A stretch of DNA of 64,000 bases from Ruditapes philippinarum (taxonomy: Eukaryota), in assembly GCF_026571515.1 (NCBI RefSeq), contig NW_026858743.1, forward strand, positions 1 to 64,000, read 5' to 3'. Each line of letters opens with the position of its first letter. Position 1 is the first letter of the stretch. Below the pieces are notes generated by a model that was not told the origin of the DNA, did not search any database, and saw only the letters and a program-made list of their open reading frames with translations. The position numbers were made by a program, and so were the translations under genes. This document shows positions 63,330 through 64,000 of this stretch, piece by piece.

Positions 63330-64000
63330 ACAGGCTTTTATATATAGTAATAGAAAATAACACTGAGGACTCCATTTTACTATTTCAGTATTGTATACTA
63401 TAGATAATAGACACGTGTTTCGCAAACTGATTTCTATATTGCTCTTTAGTTTTGCAAACCATTGTCTAGCATCTTAACTTCCTGGCAAAATACAGCACTA
63501 GTCTGTAGGAACGAAACCTTTTCATTGTCCCATTAATAACTTGAAAAGAAATAAGCCTAGGTTTTTGTAACATGTAAGGGACATTGACCTTAGCCAGAAG
63601 ATGTCCTCTACTGATTTTGAGGTCAGTAGATAAAAATCCACATGGTCTTGATGACACAAATAGTAACCGTATTGTCAAGCAATGTATACCTCAGTGCTTG
63701 CAGTTCTTTGAGTTAGAATATAATCTTGAGCACTTTATCAAACTGTACTAAATCAAATCCGGTGGGTTTTTTAACAGTTATTTATTTAATGAGGTAGTTT
63801 TTAAAAGGGGACATAACTTTGATAATTATCAATTTTATTCAGTTTGAAACTCTTTTCTATTCGCCATTTATTTAACAATTTTGGCTTTGTACATATATGT
63901 TGTCTTATACTTAATCTGTTGTATGCATTGTGTGTATAAAATGTTCTCAATTGCATTTTGTTAATGGAATATACGGGTTGTTAAAAGAAAATGTAAAAAA

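Overview
AT-rich, repeat-dense eukaryotic DNA with spliceosomal introns. The repeat types suggest a bivalve, probably a venerid clam (inference only). The window holds two units of a ~30-35 kb tandem segmental duplication (~1-26.9 kb and ~34.85-56.85 kb). Each unit carries a + strand type-I membrane receptor gene. Copy B can be assembled by hand as 8 coding exons (31100-38943, ~682 aa): signal peptide, one 1641-nt exon encoding the whole Cys-rich EGF/furin-like ectodomain, a TM exon, and four micro-exons. The micro-exons, which the ORF track cannot join, splice into a tail with YEN and an ITAM (YEDL-x9-YGEI). Copy A is 5'-truncated by the window edge and shows a +1 frameshift and a GC donor. 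Between copies the ITAM is identical, a membrane-proximal EGF block is nearly identical, and a more distal ectodomain segment differs at many non-Cys positions. This fits a diversifying family of activating immune/phagocytic receptors. The rest is mobile DNA: a degraded Gypsy element with an intact -1 frameshift site and pseudoknot plus an env-position C2H2 zinc-finger ORF, TRIMs with tRNA-like LTRs (Helenus-type), Helentron-derived HINEs with 160-180 bp arrays, MITEs, SINEs and LINE remnants. Several patches look like low-quality homopolymer-inflated consensus, and there are two N gaps. All coordinates and counts were made by eye.
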